From: an uncultured Clostridia bacterium
GTDB taxonomy: Bacteria > Bacillota > Clostridia > TANB77 > CAG-508
Direction of reading: 5' to 3'
Assembly: GCA_934129745.1 (NCBI GenBank)
Contig: CAKOWZ010000010.1
Location: forward strand, 1,493 to 65,492
DNA length: 64,000 bases
The position numbers and the translations under genes were made by a program. Below, in pieces: positions 1 to 9,014 of the stretch. How positions within the stretch are numbered: position 1 is the stretch's first letter; each line of letters begins with the position of its first letter. The notes beneath the pieces are model-generated. The model made no database searches, was not told the origin of the DNA, and saw nothing but the letters and a program-made list of their open reading frames with translations.

Positions 1-48
1 CTAGAAAGAGGACTACCTGTAGAAGAAACAGGAGCTAAAAATCAAAGA

Positions 49-630
49 ATGGAAGATTTAAAAAGAATTACTAATTATGAGAATACGAAAAAAGTGTTAG
101 AGAGTATAACAAAAGAACTTCCAAATGTACCAGATATAAATGATATTAAATTGATAAAACTAAATAAAGAAAAGATACAAAATGAAATTATAAAGCCAAA
201 AGATACATTAATTAATGAGTTATATGACGAAAATATAAAATTACACAAAGAATTATCTAAACAAGTTGTTTTAGTGGATAAAGCAACAAAATATGAAAAA
301 AAGAGAAGTAAAATTCTCTCTGATAATGAAGAACTACATACTCAGGTAGATAATATGAATGCTGAATATAAAGTAAAAGAAATGAATTTAGAATGGAAAT
401 ATAAGAATAGGATTCACAATTTAGAAAAAGAAAACAAATATTTATATAAAGTAGTAGACAGATTTAAAGATACCATAGTCAAATTTGTACAATGGATTTG
501 TAAAAAGTTTGATATGGGTGCAGAAGATGAAGTGATTAAGGATTTTGAGAGAGAAACAGGAACGTATATAGATGCTGAAAAACAGATAAAACATGAAGAA
601 CGTCAAAGTGAATGGGATTTAGAATTGTAG
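49..630 (+). CDS. hypothetical coiled-coil protein (K/E-rich heptad-like sequence)
   Basis: Complete ORF with an AGGAG-like RBS upstream. Charged, repetitive K/E-rich composition. No recognisable catalytic motif. First gene of a same-strand array. Confidence 0.4.
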   Translation: MEDLKRITNYENTKKVLESITKELPNVPDINDIKLIKLNKEKIQNEIIKPKDTLINELYDENIKLHKELSKQVVLVDKATKYEKKRSKILSDNEELHTQVDNMNAEYKVKEMNLEWKYKNRIHNLEKENKYLYKVVDRFKDTIVKFVQWICKKFDMGAEDEVIKDFERETGTYIDAEKQIKHEERQSEWDLEL

Positions 631-841
631 AATTATATAAAAGACGCAGGTAAAAGATTGTTTTGAAATTTGACTAAATAAAAAATTACTAAAATATAAA
701 AAGTTCAGACTTTGATTGCTAGGACAGTTAATAGAGTGCTTTACAAAAATTTTATATTTATGATATATTATACATAAATAGGGTTGAGATAAATTATAGT
801 AAACATCAAAATAATGTAATTTTTGAAAGGTGGTATAAAAC

Positions 842-1273
842 ATGGGATTATTTGATATTTTTAAGAAAGATAAAAAGGAAAAGGTTGCGATTAATGATAA
901 TATTTTCGGAAATCTAACGTTAATTGATGAAGGCTGGATAAAACCTTTTGAAATGACATTGTTTGATAACAATTATGATATTGACTTAATTGTAGAAAAT
1001 GATGAAAATGGAGAAGAAAGCATTTCTGAAAAACAAAAAAATATGTATATGAAATTTATGGAAGAACAAGTACGAATAAGATCAGAAGTTGAAAAAATAA
1101 TTACAGAAAAGTATAATTTTGTAGATAAATTAGAAATTTTAAATAGTAGCCCATTGAGTATTAATTTTGAACTAAGTGGAATCGTAAAATTAACATGTTC
1201 AATAGGCAGTGAAGGCAGTGAAATAATTGAATTTGAACTCCTTCCACAGGTAAAATTCAGCAAAGTACTATAA
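842..1273 (+). CDS. hypothetical protein, possible immunity-island member
   Basis: ORF on the same strand as its neighbours with a GGTGG-type RBS. No family recognised. Confidence 0.35.
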   Translation: MGLFDIFKKDKKEKVAINDNIFGNLTLIDEGWIKPFEMTLFDNNYDIDLIVENDENGEESISEKQKNMYMKFMEEQVRIRSEVEKIITEKYNFVDKLEILNSSPLSINFELSGIVKLTCSIGSEGSEIIEFELLPQVKFSKVL

Positions 1274-1519
1274 TCCAAATCTTAAGATATATGTAAGAAA
1301 GGAATCTGCAATTATGGAAATAAATTATCAAGGAGTTCTATGTAGATTAGGAACATACAGAGTAAATGGAGAAGATAAGCCAACATTGTATTATATTTCT
1401 TCTCCAGATGATTAAACAATGTATAAAGCAGGATTTGAAGAATTGCATTATGGTTTATGGGAAAAATATTAACAGACGAAGAATATAATGAAATTACTAA
1501 AAGAGAGGAAGAAAAATAA

Positions 1520-1906
1520 ATGGAAGAATTATTTGAAGATTTTGAATTTAACGAAAGTACAGATTATGATATAAAAAAAATAAATGGGATGCAATTACCA
1601 AATGACTATTTAGAATTTATGCACAAGCATAATGGCGGTGAAGGAGATGTAGGCAAAAATTCATATATGCAATTTATAAAATTAGAAGAGCTTGTAGATT
1701 ATAATAATGATTATCAGATTTCTAAGCATTTTCCAAATTGCTTTGCTTTTGGAGGAGATTTGGGCGGAAATCATTTTTGTTATAATTTTGCAACTAATGA
1801 ATACTTTGCAATAGATGGCTATACTACTGGCTTAGAAGACAGTTATTGTAAAGCTGCATCATTATATGAATTTATTAAAAATTGGGATAAGCAGTTTGAG
1901 GAATAG
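1520..1906 (+). CDS. SMI1/KNR4 (SUKH-1) family protein, putative toxin-immunity protein
   Basis: Carries the LPxDYxEF...NGG and F(A)FGGDxGGNxFCYNF motifs typical of the SUKH-1/SMI1-KNR4 superfamily. Preceded by a GAGGAAG RBS. Confidence 0.55.
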   Translation: MEELFEDFEFNESTDYDIKKINGMQLPNDYLEFMHKHNGGEGDVGKNSYMQFIKLEELVDYNNDYQISKHFPNCFAFGGDLGGNHFCYNFATNEYFAIDGYTTGLEDSYCKAASLYEFIKNWDKQFEE

Positions 1907-1948
1907 GTAAGAAATGAAGAAATAAGTGAGTTGTGGAGGTAGATAATA

Positions 1949-2824
1949 ATGGCTGAGATATTTAAGCAAGACAAAAGTAAATTGGATAACCATCCTGGCA
2001 TGGTTTTTATTATTCACTTGTTGATGGATAAAATGTGTAGTATGCCTGATAAGGTTTATATGCATAAAATTATGGAAAAGCATTTGGGTGAAACAGAGTG
2101 TTTTAATTATGATGAAACTGGAGCAGGATTTGCTTCAAAGAAATATTTAGTTAGTGATGAAAGTGGTGAAAAGCAAATACCACCTCAATTGTTAATTACA
2201 AATTGTTTTGAAATTAATAAGCCTGTTATGGATGCAATTGATGAAAGCCAATTATGGAATTGTCCAGATGGCAAAGAAATTCTTAATTCATGTAAATATC
2301 AAGTTGTAGCTACTGATATGATGGCTGCAGGTCTGAGTGCTAAGGAAAGAGCTGATATGCTTGTACATTATATAGAAGCATTGGTGGAAATATTTCCTGA
2401 ATGTAGAGCTGTTGTATTTGAAAACTCAAAGAAAATGTTCACTAGAGATGATATTGTAAATTGCAATATTCCAGAAGAATCTAAATTTATTCATTATGCA
2501 GTTAATGTCAGATTTTTTAACATTGAAGGAACAAATGACAAAATAGTAGATACTGTTGGTATGAGTACATTGTTTTTACCAGATTTACAATATCATTTTC
2601 ATGATGTTGATCCAAATGAAGTGGTTAATCATGCTTATAATGTTCTTTCATATATATTTGATGAGGATAATCCAATAGAAAATGGCGATACTATTGATGG
2701 TCTATTAAATGGACAAATGAGTCAAGAAGTACAATGGACAGTTCAATATGAAGATTCTCTAATTCAGCCTGTTAGAACTGTAATAGATATAAATATGGGA
2801 GAATATGCTTCAGGAAATAGATAG
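1949..2824 (+). CDS. hypothetical protein in immunity-like array
   Basis: 291-aa ORF packed tightly after the SUKH gene on the same strand. No family recognised from sequence. Confidence 0.4.
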   Translation: MAEIFKQDKSKLDNHPGMVFIIHLLMDKMCSMPDKVYMHKIMEKHLGETECFNYDETGAGFASKKYLVSDESGEKQIPPQLLITNCFEINKPVMDAIDESQLWNCPDGKEILNSCKYQVVATDMMAAGLSAKERADMLVHYIEALVEIFPECRAVVFENSKKMFTRDDIVNCNIPEESKFIHYAVNVRFFNIEGTNDKIVDTVGMSTLFLPDLQYHFHDVDPNEVVNHAYNVLSYIFDEDNPIENGDTIDGLLNGQMSQEVQWTVQYEDSLIQPVRTVIDINMGEYASGNR

Positions 2825-2898
2825 ATTTAATATTTAGTTATAAATCCTATTGATTATAATAAACAGTTGATTATATAAATAAAACAACTTTAAAGAAA

Positions 2899-3906
2899 GT
2901 GGTGAAAAATATGGGAATAGAAATTAAAATAAAACAACCTGAAAACAAAATTGATATATATAGAATTGAAGAATTATGGAAAAAAGCATGTACAAATGTT
3001 TTTGAAGGTGAAACCAGTCCAAGAATAGGTGTGCAAGATGACTTCTACAGAATGCAACTTCAATTCATTAATACAAGTAAAGAGTATGATGAAAAGAAAT
3101 CACAAAGCTTTGATATAGCAAAAGTCTTTATATTATTTGACAAAAATAATTATGGTAGCGGAATACAATTATGGTTTGAAGATGATAATATTTGTATGTG
3201 GACATCATTTCCAACAACATATAGTGAAATTGTAAGTTTGTATAAGTTAGTAAATATAATTTGCAATGAATCTAGTACAAAAGAATTTTATAGAGGAAGT
3301 GTAGGAGAATTTGAATTAGTAGATATAAGTCAATTAAATTGGTTTATAGAACTGGGTATAAATGATACACTTTTAATGTTAGATAGAATGAAGAAAAATA
3401 TATTAGAAGGTGAGTCTTCAGATGGAAACATTTCAATTAATGGAGTAGTGAATCCTTTAAGTATAACGCTAGAAAATTTGAAAGAATGGGGAATAGATTT
3501 GCCTTTAGAGGGTAATATTGAAAACATTACAACTGTAATGAAAAATTATGAAACGTTTATGAATGAGATTCAGCAAAGAGACTTATTTTATGCAGTATTT
3601 AAGTTATATCAAATAAAAAAAGATGAAAATACAGTCATCAATGGGTATATTTCAGTAGCAGCAGATTGTGATACCATATTACCAATAGAACCAGAAGGTG
3701 AATTCTATTTTGTGGCTAACAGATATGATACAAGTAAAATAAATAAGTTTTATGCAACAGTAGAAAACAGTGAAGGTAAATTGGTTGAGATTGAATATGA
3801 TGATTTTTTGAAAAAAGTTGATTTTGAAAAAAGAGAAAAATATGATGGTAAGCACTTCATTGTCATATTAAGTCCTGATGATATAGAAGAATTAATTAAT
3901 AAATAA
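2899..3906 (+). CDS. hypothetical protein in immunity-like array
   Basis: 335-aa ORF with a GTGGTG-like RBS. No recognisable motifs. Confidence 0.4.
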   Translation: MVKNMGIEIKIKQPENKIDIYRIEELWKKACTNVFEGETSPRIGVQDDFYRMQLQFINTSKEYDEKKSQSFDIAKVFILFDKNNYGSGIQLWFEDDNICMWTSFPTTYSEIVSLYKLVNIICNESSTKEFYRGSVGEFELVDISQLNWFIELGINDTLLMLDRMKKNILEGESSDGNISINGVVNPLSITLENLKEWGIDLPLEGNIENITTVMKNYETFMNEIQQRDLFYAVFKLYQIKKDENTVINGYISVAADCDTILPIEPEGEFYFVANRYDTSKINKFYATVENSEGKLVEIEYDDFLKKVDFEKREKYDGKHFIVILSPDDIEELINK

Positions 3907-3952
3907 AATTACCGGTAGTGCAAATCATATATAATAGAGAGGAGTTAGTTAA

Positions 3953-4534
3953 ATGAAAAATATAAGAGTATATACTCCAGATATATATAAAGGAGAAAAT
4001 TATATAGAAGTAAAAGATAACATATATAAAACAGTTATAGAAGCTGAGGAAGATGACGATGGACTTTCTCTAGAACAGGTTACAGATAAAGAATTACTAA
4101 AGGAATTGGAAAAATTAACAGATTGGAAGCAATCAGACCGTGAGATTGAAGATGATTATTTGATAGCATACTACAATGGAAAAAAATATTATAAGGATAT
4201 AGAAGATGAAGAAAACATAATATTTAAAAACATGTATGAAGATAGAGAAGAAACTGTATATGTAACATCAATAGTATTTGAACCAGAACCAGAGCTTAAT
4301 GAAAATCAACCATCAGATAAATATGTATCTCAATATCCATTGGAGGATATATTAGACAAATTTGGATGTTATTGTGGAGATAATTATGAAAAAGAAAATG
4401 AAGAGGATCCTGCTAACTCATATGTAGAGTTTGTAAGTGATAATATTGAAGAAATTGAAAATTTATTAACAATTATTGGAAAACACGTTTACAATAAAAT
4501 AGATGGAGAATATGTGAAACTTATTATTGAATAA
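3953..4534 (+). CDS. hypothetical acidic protein
   Basis: 193-aa, strongly acidic (D/E-rich) ORF with a GGAG RBS. Confidence 0.4.
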   Translation: MKNIRVYTPDIYKGENYIEVKDNIYKTVIEAEEDDDGLSLEQVTDKELLKELEKLTDWKQSDREIEDDYLIAYYNGKKYYKDIEDEENIIFKNMYEDREETVYVTSIVFEPEPELNENQPSDKYVSQYPLEDILDKFGCYCGDNYEKENEEDPANSYVEFVSDNIEEIENLLTIIGKHVYNKIDGEYVKLIIE

Positions 4535-4557
4535 TAAAAAAATAGGAGGTTATAATC

Positions 4558-4959
4558 ATGGAATTTATAATAGGAGTTTTGGTTGTAGGTGCAATTATAG
4601 GATTAATAGTTTTCTTTTTAAAAAAAGAAAATAACAAATTAAAAGAAATGGTTGGTAATTTAAATGAGGAGCAAAAAAATAAATTGGCTTTAACAGATGT
4701 AAAATTCGTTGAAGGAAAAAATGATGAGTGGATTCAAGAAGGTATGATTGGTGAAATGAAAGATAAAGGATATAAATATGCAATAAGAGTTTTATGGCAT
4801 AATAAAGTTATACGAAATGCAACATATGACCAATTACAATATGGAGATACTTCTCTTTCTAAAAAAGATGTGGAAAGTAATGGTTTGAAAGTTGGCGATT
4901 TTGTTAAAGTTCGTGTTGCTCCAGCTAAAACATCTGGATGTTTTAAAATTATTTTATAA
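4558..4959 (+). CDS. membrane-anchored small protein, paralogue of 5900-6298
   Basis: N-terminal hydrophobic helix (IGVLVVGAIIGLIVFFL). Conserved EEQKN-L-LT-VKFVE...W...LWYNKVI...GD-VK...AP-KT-G block shared with the 5900-6298 ORF. AGGAGG RBS. Confidence 0.45.
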   Translation: MEFIIGVLVVGAIIGLIVFFLKKENNKLKEMVGNLNEEQKNKLALTDVKFVEGKNDEWIQEGMIGEMKDKGYKYAIRVLWHNKVIRNATYDQLQYGDTSLSKKDVESNGLKVGDFVKVRVAPAKTSGCFKIIL

Positions 4960-4992
4960 AAATTTTTTATATAACCAGAGGAGACAAACTAT

Positions 4993-5898
4993 ATGAATAA
5001 TGAAAATGAAATAGTAAATCAAATAATTAAAAAGTATAATTTAGATTTAGGTGACGACTATTTTTATGTTGGTGCTTCAATAATTAAAAGAAGCGAATTT
5101 CCAGAAAGTACAGAAATTCTTTATTGTGAAGATGGATTTAATGATGAAGAAAGAATACCATATATAATGCAATCAGTTGTTCCTAAAGGTATATTTGATA
5201 GAGATAGAATAATTGTTTTTTATACAAAAGATTTACAAAGGTATATAATTCCAATTGATGGAGAGAATTATACTTTAATTGGAAATGGTATACCTGAAAA
5301 TGTACAAAACATTAATTATGGTAAAGCAAAAAAAATAATACATAGAAAAGCTTTAGAGCTGAAGAAAGAGCCTGAAAAATTATCAAAGGAAGATAAAGAT
5401 ACTTTATATAAAAGATACATCAAAAATTATAAAAAAGGCAGAATGTTGATAGCTGGACTTTTAAGCTCATTTGTATGGTTTCTTTTAATTTTTTTAAGTA
5501 TGGCTTTTTTAATTTCAGATCCTAATGTAGGAAATAACAATGAAACACTAGTAATGGGGATTTTAATTGGTGGTACAGTTTTATTTATTGTTGGTGCAAT
5601 ATTTATTATCAGATTTTTCATCAGGATACCAGCTAAAAGATTGAAAAGTTTTGCATATAGAAGTGACTTTTTAGTTATGAACTATAAAAGAGATGTAAAT
5701 ATTAAAGGGTTAAATGATTGCCATATTTATGGATTATCTTATGATGGAGATAATTGCAAACTTATGACTTATGGGGTTTCTCATTACGATGTAGCTTTTA
5801 TTGAAAATGTAGAATATTTTGAAATTGTAAATATGTATTCTAAAAATACAAGTCCAAAAAATTTGGAATATTGTTTATTTGAAAGGAGGTGTATTTAA
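4993..5898 (+). CDS. hypothetical membrane protein
   Basis: 301-aa ORF with two predicted TM helices in the middle and a GAGGAG RBS. Confidence 0.4.
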   Translation: MNNENEIVNQIIKKYNLDLGDDYFYVGASIIKRSEFPESTEILYCEDGFNDEERIPYIMQSVVPKGIFDRDRIIVFYTKDLQRYIIPIDGENYTLIGNGIPENVQNINYGKAKKIIHRKALELKKEPEKLSKEDKDTLYKRYIKNYKKGRMLIAGLLSSFVWFLLIFLSMAFLISDPNVGNNNETLVMGILIGGTVLFIVGAIFIIRFFIRIPAKRLKSFAYRSDFLVMNYKRDVNIKGLNDCHIYGLSYDGDNCKLMTYGVSHYDVAFIENVEYFEIVNMYSKNTSPKNLEYCLFERRCI

Positions 5899-5899
5899 T

Positions 5900-6298
5900 A
5901 TGGGATATTTAATTATGGTAGTAGTTATAGGTGCTATTATAGGAGTAGTTTTTGTAGTAGCAAAAAAAGATTCTAAAGAACGTGACGAAATGGTTTCAAA
6001 ATTAACAGAAGAACAAAAAAATCTTTTAATGCTAACAGAAGTAAAATTTGTTGAAAAGAATGCTTGGATTCAAGATGCTATAGTAGGCAAGATTAATGAT
6101 AAGGGAAACAAAATAGATATACGTTTATTATGGTATAACAAAGTAATACAAAATAATGAGTATAATACAATTACAATTGCAGATACAAGTATAACAAAAG
6201 CTGAGCAAGAAGCTCATAATTTAAAAATAGGTGATACTGTAAAAATGTACTTTGCACCAGAAAAAACTATTGGAAGAGTTAAAATAATTTTTGATTAA
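5900..6298 (+). CDS. membrane-anchored small protein, paralogue of 4558-4959
   Basis: ATG at 5900 sits 6 nt after GGAGG. N-terminal TM helix and the same conserved blocks as 4558-4959. Confidence 0.45.
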   Translation: MGYLIMVVVIGAIIGVVFVVAKKDSKERDEMVSKLTEEQKNLLMLTEVKFVEKNAWIQDAIVGKINDKGNKIDIRLLWYNKVIQNNEYNTITIADTSITKAEQEAHNLKIGDTVKMYFAPEKTIGRVKIIFD

Positions 6299-6337
6299 AT
6301 CAGATAAATATTTAAAAAGTAATAGGAGGACTAGTTA

Positions 6338-6913
6338 ATGGATAATTGTATTAGTCAATTTATTGAAAAATTTAAACCAGGAGAAAATTTGCAAAAGCCA
6401 GATGAAGAAATCTTGAACTTTGGTAAACAGATGCTACCAAAGGAAATAATAGAATTATGGGAAGAATATGGATTTGGAGAATATGGTGATGGTTTAATAA
6501 AAGTAGTAGATCCTAGAGAATATATGAATAGCTTATATACTTGGTTAGGTCAAAAAGATTTTAATAAAATACCAATAATAGTAACTGCTTTTGGAGATAT
6601 ATTCTTTTACAGAAAATTGGAAGATAACGAAAATGACGTATGTTTATTAAATATACATTATAAAAAAATCGAAGTTTGTGGATATTCTTATCAAGAATTT
6701 TTTGAAAGATATATTTTAGATGAAGACGTTATAAAAAATGTATTAAGAGCTGATTTATATAAACAAGCTGTAAAAGAATTAGGAGAACTTGATTATAAAG
6801 ATATATTTTTCTTTACCCCAGCATTAGTTTTAGGTGGTGGGGAAGATATAAAATATGTAAAAAAAGGAAATGGAGCTGTTCATCATCAGGTTTTATTACA
6901 AATTGCTCAATGA
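6338..6913 (+). CDS. GAD-like / DUF1851 (Tdi1-like) immunity-family protein
   Basis: N-terminal LPKEIIELWEEYGFGEYGDGLIKVVDPREY fits the GAD-like domain pattern. The C-terminal TAFGDIFFYRK block fits DUF1851, the Tdi1 C-terminal region. Assigned from memory of the family consensus. Confidence 0.5.
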   Translation: MDNCISQFIEKFKPGENLQKPDEEILNFGKQMLPKEIIELWEEYGFGEYGDGLIKVVDPREYMNSLYTWLGQKDFNKIPIIVTAFGDIFFYRKLEDNENDVCLLNIHYKKIEVCGYSYQEFFERYILDEDVIKNVLRADLYKQAVKELGELDYKDIFFFTPALVLGGGEDIKYVKKGNGAVHHQVLLQIAQ

Positions 6914-6970
6914 TAGAAGAATAAAGTTCTGTATGATAGCACCATATAAGTGTTAAAAACGATAGAAAAA

Positions 6971-6999
6971 TTGCAAATTAACATAAAATGTAGTATAAT
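6971..6999 (+). promoter_or_regulatory. near-consensus sigma-A promoter (TTGCAA-17 bp-TATAAT)
   Basis: TTGCAA at 6971-6976. 17-nt spacer. TATAAT at 6994-6999. Confidence 0.5.
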
Positions 7000-7100
7000 A
7001 TAATTGTAGCAGAGTTTTCTCTCATTTGAAAATCTTTCTACAGTATCCGAAGTCCGCAACTTAGTCAAGTCCTTTTATTAAAGGCAGAAAGGAAAAAAAT

Positions 7101-7382
7101 ATGTTACCATTCTATTTACAGGCAGACTATCAGAAAAACATCGCAAGAGCTTCAGCAGAGCTCAAATCTCAGATGCCGAATTATGCAAGAATTCAGGCTG
7201 ACGCTCATGAGATTGAAATGAAAAAGCAGAGAGAAGAAGAAATGCAGCGTCGTGAAGCTTTTGAAAAAAGAGCATCTGAAATTGGTTATGCTAATGCATT
7301 AGTTGAGGCTTCCACAAAAGTGGACACAGCAATAGCTGAAGCTAAAACTGCATTAAGCGGTGCAATTGTTTACAAGAAGTGA
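7101..7382 (+). CDS. hypothetical 93-aa protein with atypical (GC-richer) composition
   Basis: ORF downstream of the strong promoter and followed by an imperfect hairpin (7394-7431). Its codon usage and GC differ visibly from the flanking DNA. Confidence 0.3.
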   Translation: MLPFYLQADYQKNIARASAELKSQMPNYARIQADAHEIEMKKQREEEMQRREAFEKRASEIGYANALVEASTKVDTAIAEAKTALSGAIVYKK

Positions 7383-7453
7383 AGAGTAACAAATTGAAGA
7401 CGTACCTTCCATTATGGGGGTACATCTTCAATACAATATATATATTTAATTTA

Positions 7454-8425
7454 TTATTTGTTTTTACTATCATTTATCCATTTCTCAAATTCTCTAGCAG
7501 TAATTTCTTTATTCAAGTATTTTTGCTTCATTATAGCACCTTCAAATTTATATCTTTCAAATCTTTTTATAGCTTTATCAGTACCATAATGAGAAACAGA
7601 ACTAGCAAGGGACATATATCTTTTTCTATATAACTCTAAAGGAGGGTTTTCTTGCAAAGACCTTTTATAAACCAAATCTCTTCCAACCTGTTTACAAGTT
7701 TTTCTTGTAATAATATCTTCTTCATTACAATATTTTGTCTCTTTTAAGTTATTAGGAATAAAATACTTACCGCAATTTTGGCATTTCCTAATAACATGTT
7801 GTTTACGTGATAAAAACTCTCTTAGTTCCAAAGATAAAATACTGAAAATATCATAACTACAAAATGCATATGGAACATTATATGAATAAAGAGGTGTTTT
7901 TGTAAACATAAAAGAAAACAAGTCGAAATCTAAAGTAATATCATCAAGTGGAAGTGTTATATTATTTATATCAATATTACTCCTATCAGCATTTATAATA
8001 TCTGAATAATCATCATCGTCATCAGGACTTACTTTTAAATAGTCTATGTTGTAGGGAAGATTAAGATAATAAAAGCATAAGTGCTGAACATATAAAAACA
8101 TATCCTGATTTTCTTTTGCTAATTTTCGTGATTCGCTCATGTAATCTTCAAAACTAAAATTGAATTTTGTTGTATAAAAATTATGTTTTTCTTCAGGATG
8201 CTCTAATGCATAGAAAGTGTAAAAACAATACTGATATATAAAAAATGTAAAGTATTTTATTTTTTCAAAATTTGTATTTATAAAATCTAAAAGCAATGTT
8301 CCCATTTTTTTAGGCATACAAGCAGGATTTTTAGTTGTGTGAAAATGCCCATCATCTATTGTTATTCGAGGATATAGAAAGAATTCTAAGTCCTTTTCTC
8401 TGTCGTATGCTATTTTATATTTCAT
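7454..8425 (-). CDS. hypothetical protein with CxxC pair, adjacent to recombinase
   Basis: 323-aa ORF carrying a CQNCGKYF...C motif and an RBS in the reverse complement. No family recognised with confidence. Confidence 0.45.
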   Translation of the reverse strand: MKYKIAYDREKDLEFFLYPRITIDDGHFHTTKNPACMPKKMGTLLLDFINTNFEKIKYFTFFIYQYCFYTFYALEHPEEKHNFYTTKFNFSFEDYMSESRKLAKENQDMFLYVQHLCFYYLNLPYNIDYLKVSPDDDDDYSDIINADRSNIDINNITLPLDDITLDFDLFSFMFTKTPLYSYNVPYAFCSYDIFSILSLELREFLSRKQHVIRKCQNCGKYFIPNNLKETKYCNEEDIITRKTCKQVGRDLVYKRSLQENPPLELYRKRYMSLASSVSHYGTDKAIKRFERYKFEGAIMKQKYLNKEITAREFEKWINDSKNK

Positions 8426-9014
8426 ATAAAATCCCCCTTACATCAAACAACAAAAAACGCTAAAAAAATTTTTGTTGTTGTATAGTGTGATTAATTCGCT
8501 ATAGACATTATAATAAGCATATACAAATTTGACATAATTATATTACGAAAATTAAGAAATGTCAAAGGTTATGGCACATTGAAAATTGAATAAAAAGGCT
8601 ATAATACAAAATAATGATACTTTTACCTAGCCACAGACATCGCAATGGGGGTAATTCTATAAATGAGTAGAAAGGTGAGATTCCTATGTGGATTTTTTAA
8701 TCCAGTTGTAGCTTTGTATAAAACTTGAAAAAAATGGAAACATTATTACTAAAGGGAGTTGATAGCATGCAAGAGAAAAAGAAGTACAAGAAAAAGAATG
8801 ATTTTAAAATAAATTTATTTTTTAATGAAAAAGGGGAAAACTTGGAAAAAATTGTGGAAAGAGCATTTGGAACTTACTGCTTAAAAGAAGTAAAAAAATA
8901 GCAATTAAAATAATGGTATTTGGAAAGAGAATATGGTATAATAATTGGCAAGAGTATCAATATTATATCATATTCTTTATAGCTAGAAAGGAGGCAAAAT
9001 TGAGCTATACAATA

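Noticed and set aside
619-1278. Minus-strand ORFs 619-972 and 973-1278
   Set aside because: They are antisense to, and overlap, plus-strand genes. Low-complexity hydrophobic translations typical of AT-rich antisense frames. No RBS.
7379-7633. Plus-strand 84-aa ORF overlapping the 3' end of the 7454-8425 minus-strand gene
   Set aside because: Overlaps a better-supported gene on the opposite strand. Phe/Ile-rich low-complexity translation.
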